From a virus: a stretch of 64,000 nucleotides of DNA. How positions within the stretch are numbered: the first letter of the stretch is position 1; the number at the start of each line of letters is the position of its first letter. The notes under the pieces were generated by a model. It worked only from the letters and a program-made list of their open reading frames with translations, did no database searches and was not told where the DNA came from. This document shows positions 62,930 through 64,000 of the stretch, in pieces. The stretch lies in the IMG/VR virus record IMGVR_UViG_3300045988_072631. One strand, given 5' to 3'. The position numbers and the translations under genes are program-made.

Positions 62930-62977
62930 CCGGTTGTTTCCCGGTTGTTTCCCGGTTGCTTCCCGGTTGCTTCCCGG
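62930..62977. repeat. 11-bp tandem repeat CGGTTG(T/C)TTCC, about 4.4 copies
   Basis: Period 11 read directly (62931, 62942, 62953, 62964, 62975). Confidence 0.85.
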
Positions 62978-63182
62978 AATCCTGCTTTGTGGGCAGAGAA
63001 TCCAGAAACCGGTACAGGGATAAAATAATATTATAATCGTACACCAAGAGCACCGAAAACGTCAATGGCTTTTTTTCGTCCTGGTATAGTATCCCCGTTG
63101 ATCTGCTGCGATCTGGGCAGACTTCGCCAACTGTATTAAGTTGTCAATGTACAATTCTGATACTGTATTGAATCCGGGTAGC

Positions 63183-63209
63183 AGAAAAAGGGCGGACAGA
63201 ATCCACCCT
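63183..63209 (-). terminator. intrinsic terminator for the 63208-63474 gene
   Basis: Minus strand AGGGTGGA-TTCTG-TCCGCCCT followed by TTTTTCTGC. Confidence 0.6.
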
Positions 63210-63474
63210 ATACCATGCAAAAATCACCGGGAAAGCCGGTTGTAACTATCATTTTACCATCTGGACGACGGTACACGACCCCGCATCCGTCCGCAAAGGT
63301 TGACCATACAAGCCAGCCTGGCGGCGTGAGGTTTTTGCCGGTCTTATAATCCCGGAACGCATAACGCGGAGAAATTCCGCTTTTTTCCTGCTCCAGTGCG
63401 TTGTTGATTGCCTGCGATTCTGTCACAAGCTGCACACCGTTGTGAGTGTGCAAAACATAGTTATTTTCTTTCAT
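63208..63474 (-). CDS. hypothetical protein
   Basis: ORF with AGGAGAAAG-type RBS. Confidence 0.5.
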   Translation of the reverse strand: MKENNYVLHTHNGVQLVTESQAINNALEQEKSGISPRYAFRDYKTGKNLTPPGWLVWSTFADGCGVVYRRPDGKMIVTTGFPGDFCMV

Positions 63475-63544
63475 GGTTTCTTTCTCCTTTTCAATTTCAT
63501 AAAACCGCCGCCGGTAGTGATCCGGCGGGCATCCTCTGCGGCGG

Positions 63545-63769
63545 CTAGTTCAAACAGTTCTCAATATCTTTCGCAAGGTGCGGAAATGCTTTTTCTATGC
63601 CTTGCACGCTGTCGGCGTAATAATCACCAACAATTTTTCCAAAAATGCGAAGATTGCCGGCATAAAATCCGCCTAACTCATTAAAATATATGTCTAATCC
63701 TGTCACCTGTTCCGGCTTGTCTCCATACCACATATCAATATTTGTTTTTCCCATTTTCATTTCCTCCAT
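63545..63769 (-). CDS. hypothetical protein
   Basis: GGAGGAA RBS. Confidence 0.5.
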   Translation of the reverse strand: MEEMKMGKTNIDMWYGDKPEQVTGLDIYFNELGGFYAGNLRIFGKIVGDYYADSVQGIEKAFPHLAKDIENCLN

Positions 63770-63799
63770 ATTTTCAAATTTTCCCGGTATCCGGGGAAA

Positions 63800-63840
63800 A
63801 GCAAGTCCCGGAATCGAACCGGGATAAAGCCGCCCTTGCT
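63800..63840 (-). ncRNA. tRNA-like acceptor/T-arm minihelix B
   Basis: Minus strand AGCAAGG-GCGGCTTTAT-CCCGG-TTCGATT-CCGGG-ACTTGCT-TTT. Confidence 0.5.
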
Positions 63841-63922
63841 AAATTTCAATTTTTCCGGTTACTAGTTCCCAGGTGTACCGGAGACCGTATCCGATCAGAA
63901 GCCAGAAAAGAAAATCCGCCAT
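63839..63922 (-). CDS. small membrane peptide (27 aa)
   Basis: AAGGAGGA RBS; MADFLFWLLIGYGL... Confidence 0.35.
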   Translation of the reverse strand: MADFLFWLLIGYGLRYTWELVTGKIEI

Positions 63923-63936
63923 GTTTTTATCCTCCT

Positions 63937-64000
63937 TTATTCCGTGAATTTTTCCGGCAGTTCGTACCGGATAACGACAACCTCTTCACCGGTACTTTTC
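63937..64000 (-). CDS. 3' end of a gene entering from beyond the window
   Basis: Open frame ...VVVIRYELPEKFTE* to the window edge. Confidence 0.3.
   Translation of the reverse strand, partial: KSTGEEVVVIRYELPEKFTE

Noticed and set aside
62930-62977. CRISPR array check (also applied to 45752-46075)
   Set aside because: These are contiguous tandem repeats without spacers, with 11-bp and 18-bp units and no cas genes. They are not CRISPR.
62856-63065. 69-aa minus-strand ORF
   Set aside because: It is kept open by the 11-bp tandem repeat, has a TTG start without an RBS, and sits in an otherwise regulatory-looking region.

Overview
The whole 64-kb window reads as a temperate siphovirus-type phage or prophage of a Gram-positive, probably Clostridia-like host. 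No host housekeeping genes are visible. Gene order: a small serine recombinase, MazG, a tRNA island with an embedded HNH endonuclease, and an invertible fibre-like gene. The late block follows: intein-containing terminase large subunit, portal, Mu-F-like head protein, scaffold, capsid with an Ig-like domain, connectors, major tail protein, G/GT chaperone, tape measure, distal tail and fibre genes. This block is interrupted by a holin pair, an amidase and a 5-kb accessory island. Next comes a lysogeny switch (CI/LexA-like repressor, XRE, Cro-like, an SOS box). The early block holds antirepressor, SMC-like ATPase, RecT-like, MBL-fold hydrolase, SSB, radical SAM, Dcm, Lar, YopX, GIY-YIG and a replisome organiser. 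It ends with an excisionase-like gene, a tyrosine integrase with a candidate attP, and a cargo region of low-complexity proteins. The main second-look items are: (1) a complete diversity-generating retroelement (two target genes, Avd, TR, RT) inside the recombination module, with one VR carrying a 5-nt frameshifting insertion; (2) a 21-bp inverted-repeat DNA switch that would swap the C-terminal domain of a small fibre-like protein; (3) two covarying tRNA-like acceptor/T-arm minihelices in intergenic positions; (4) a hairpin-CCGCTAACC-A-run element repeated upstream of three late gene blocks; (5) a promoter-to-terminator unit for a roughly 150-nt structured RNA; (6) a class-3-type intein in the terminase P-loop; (7) a Cheo-type SOS box over a promoter next to the repressor. 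All function calls come from motifs read by eye and from synteny. No database search or folding program was run.
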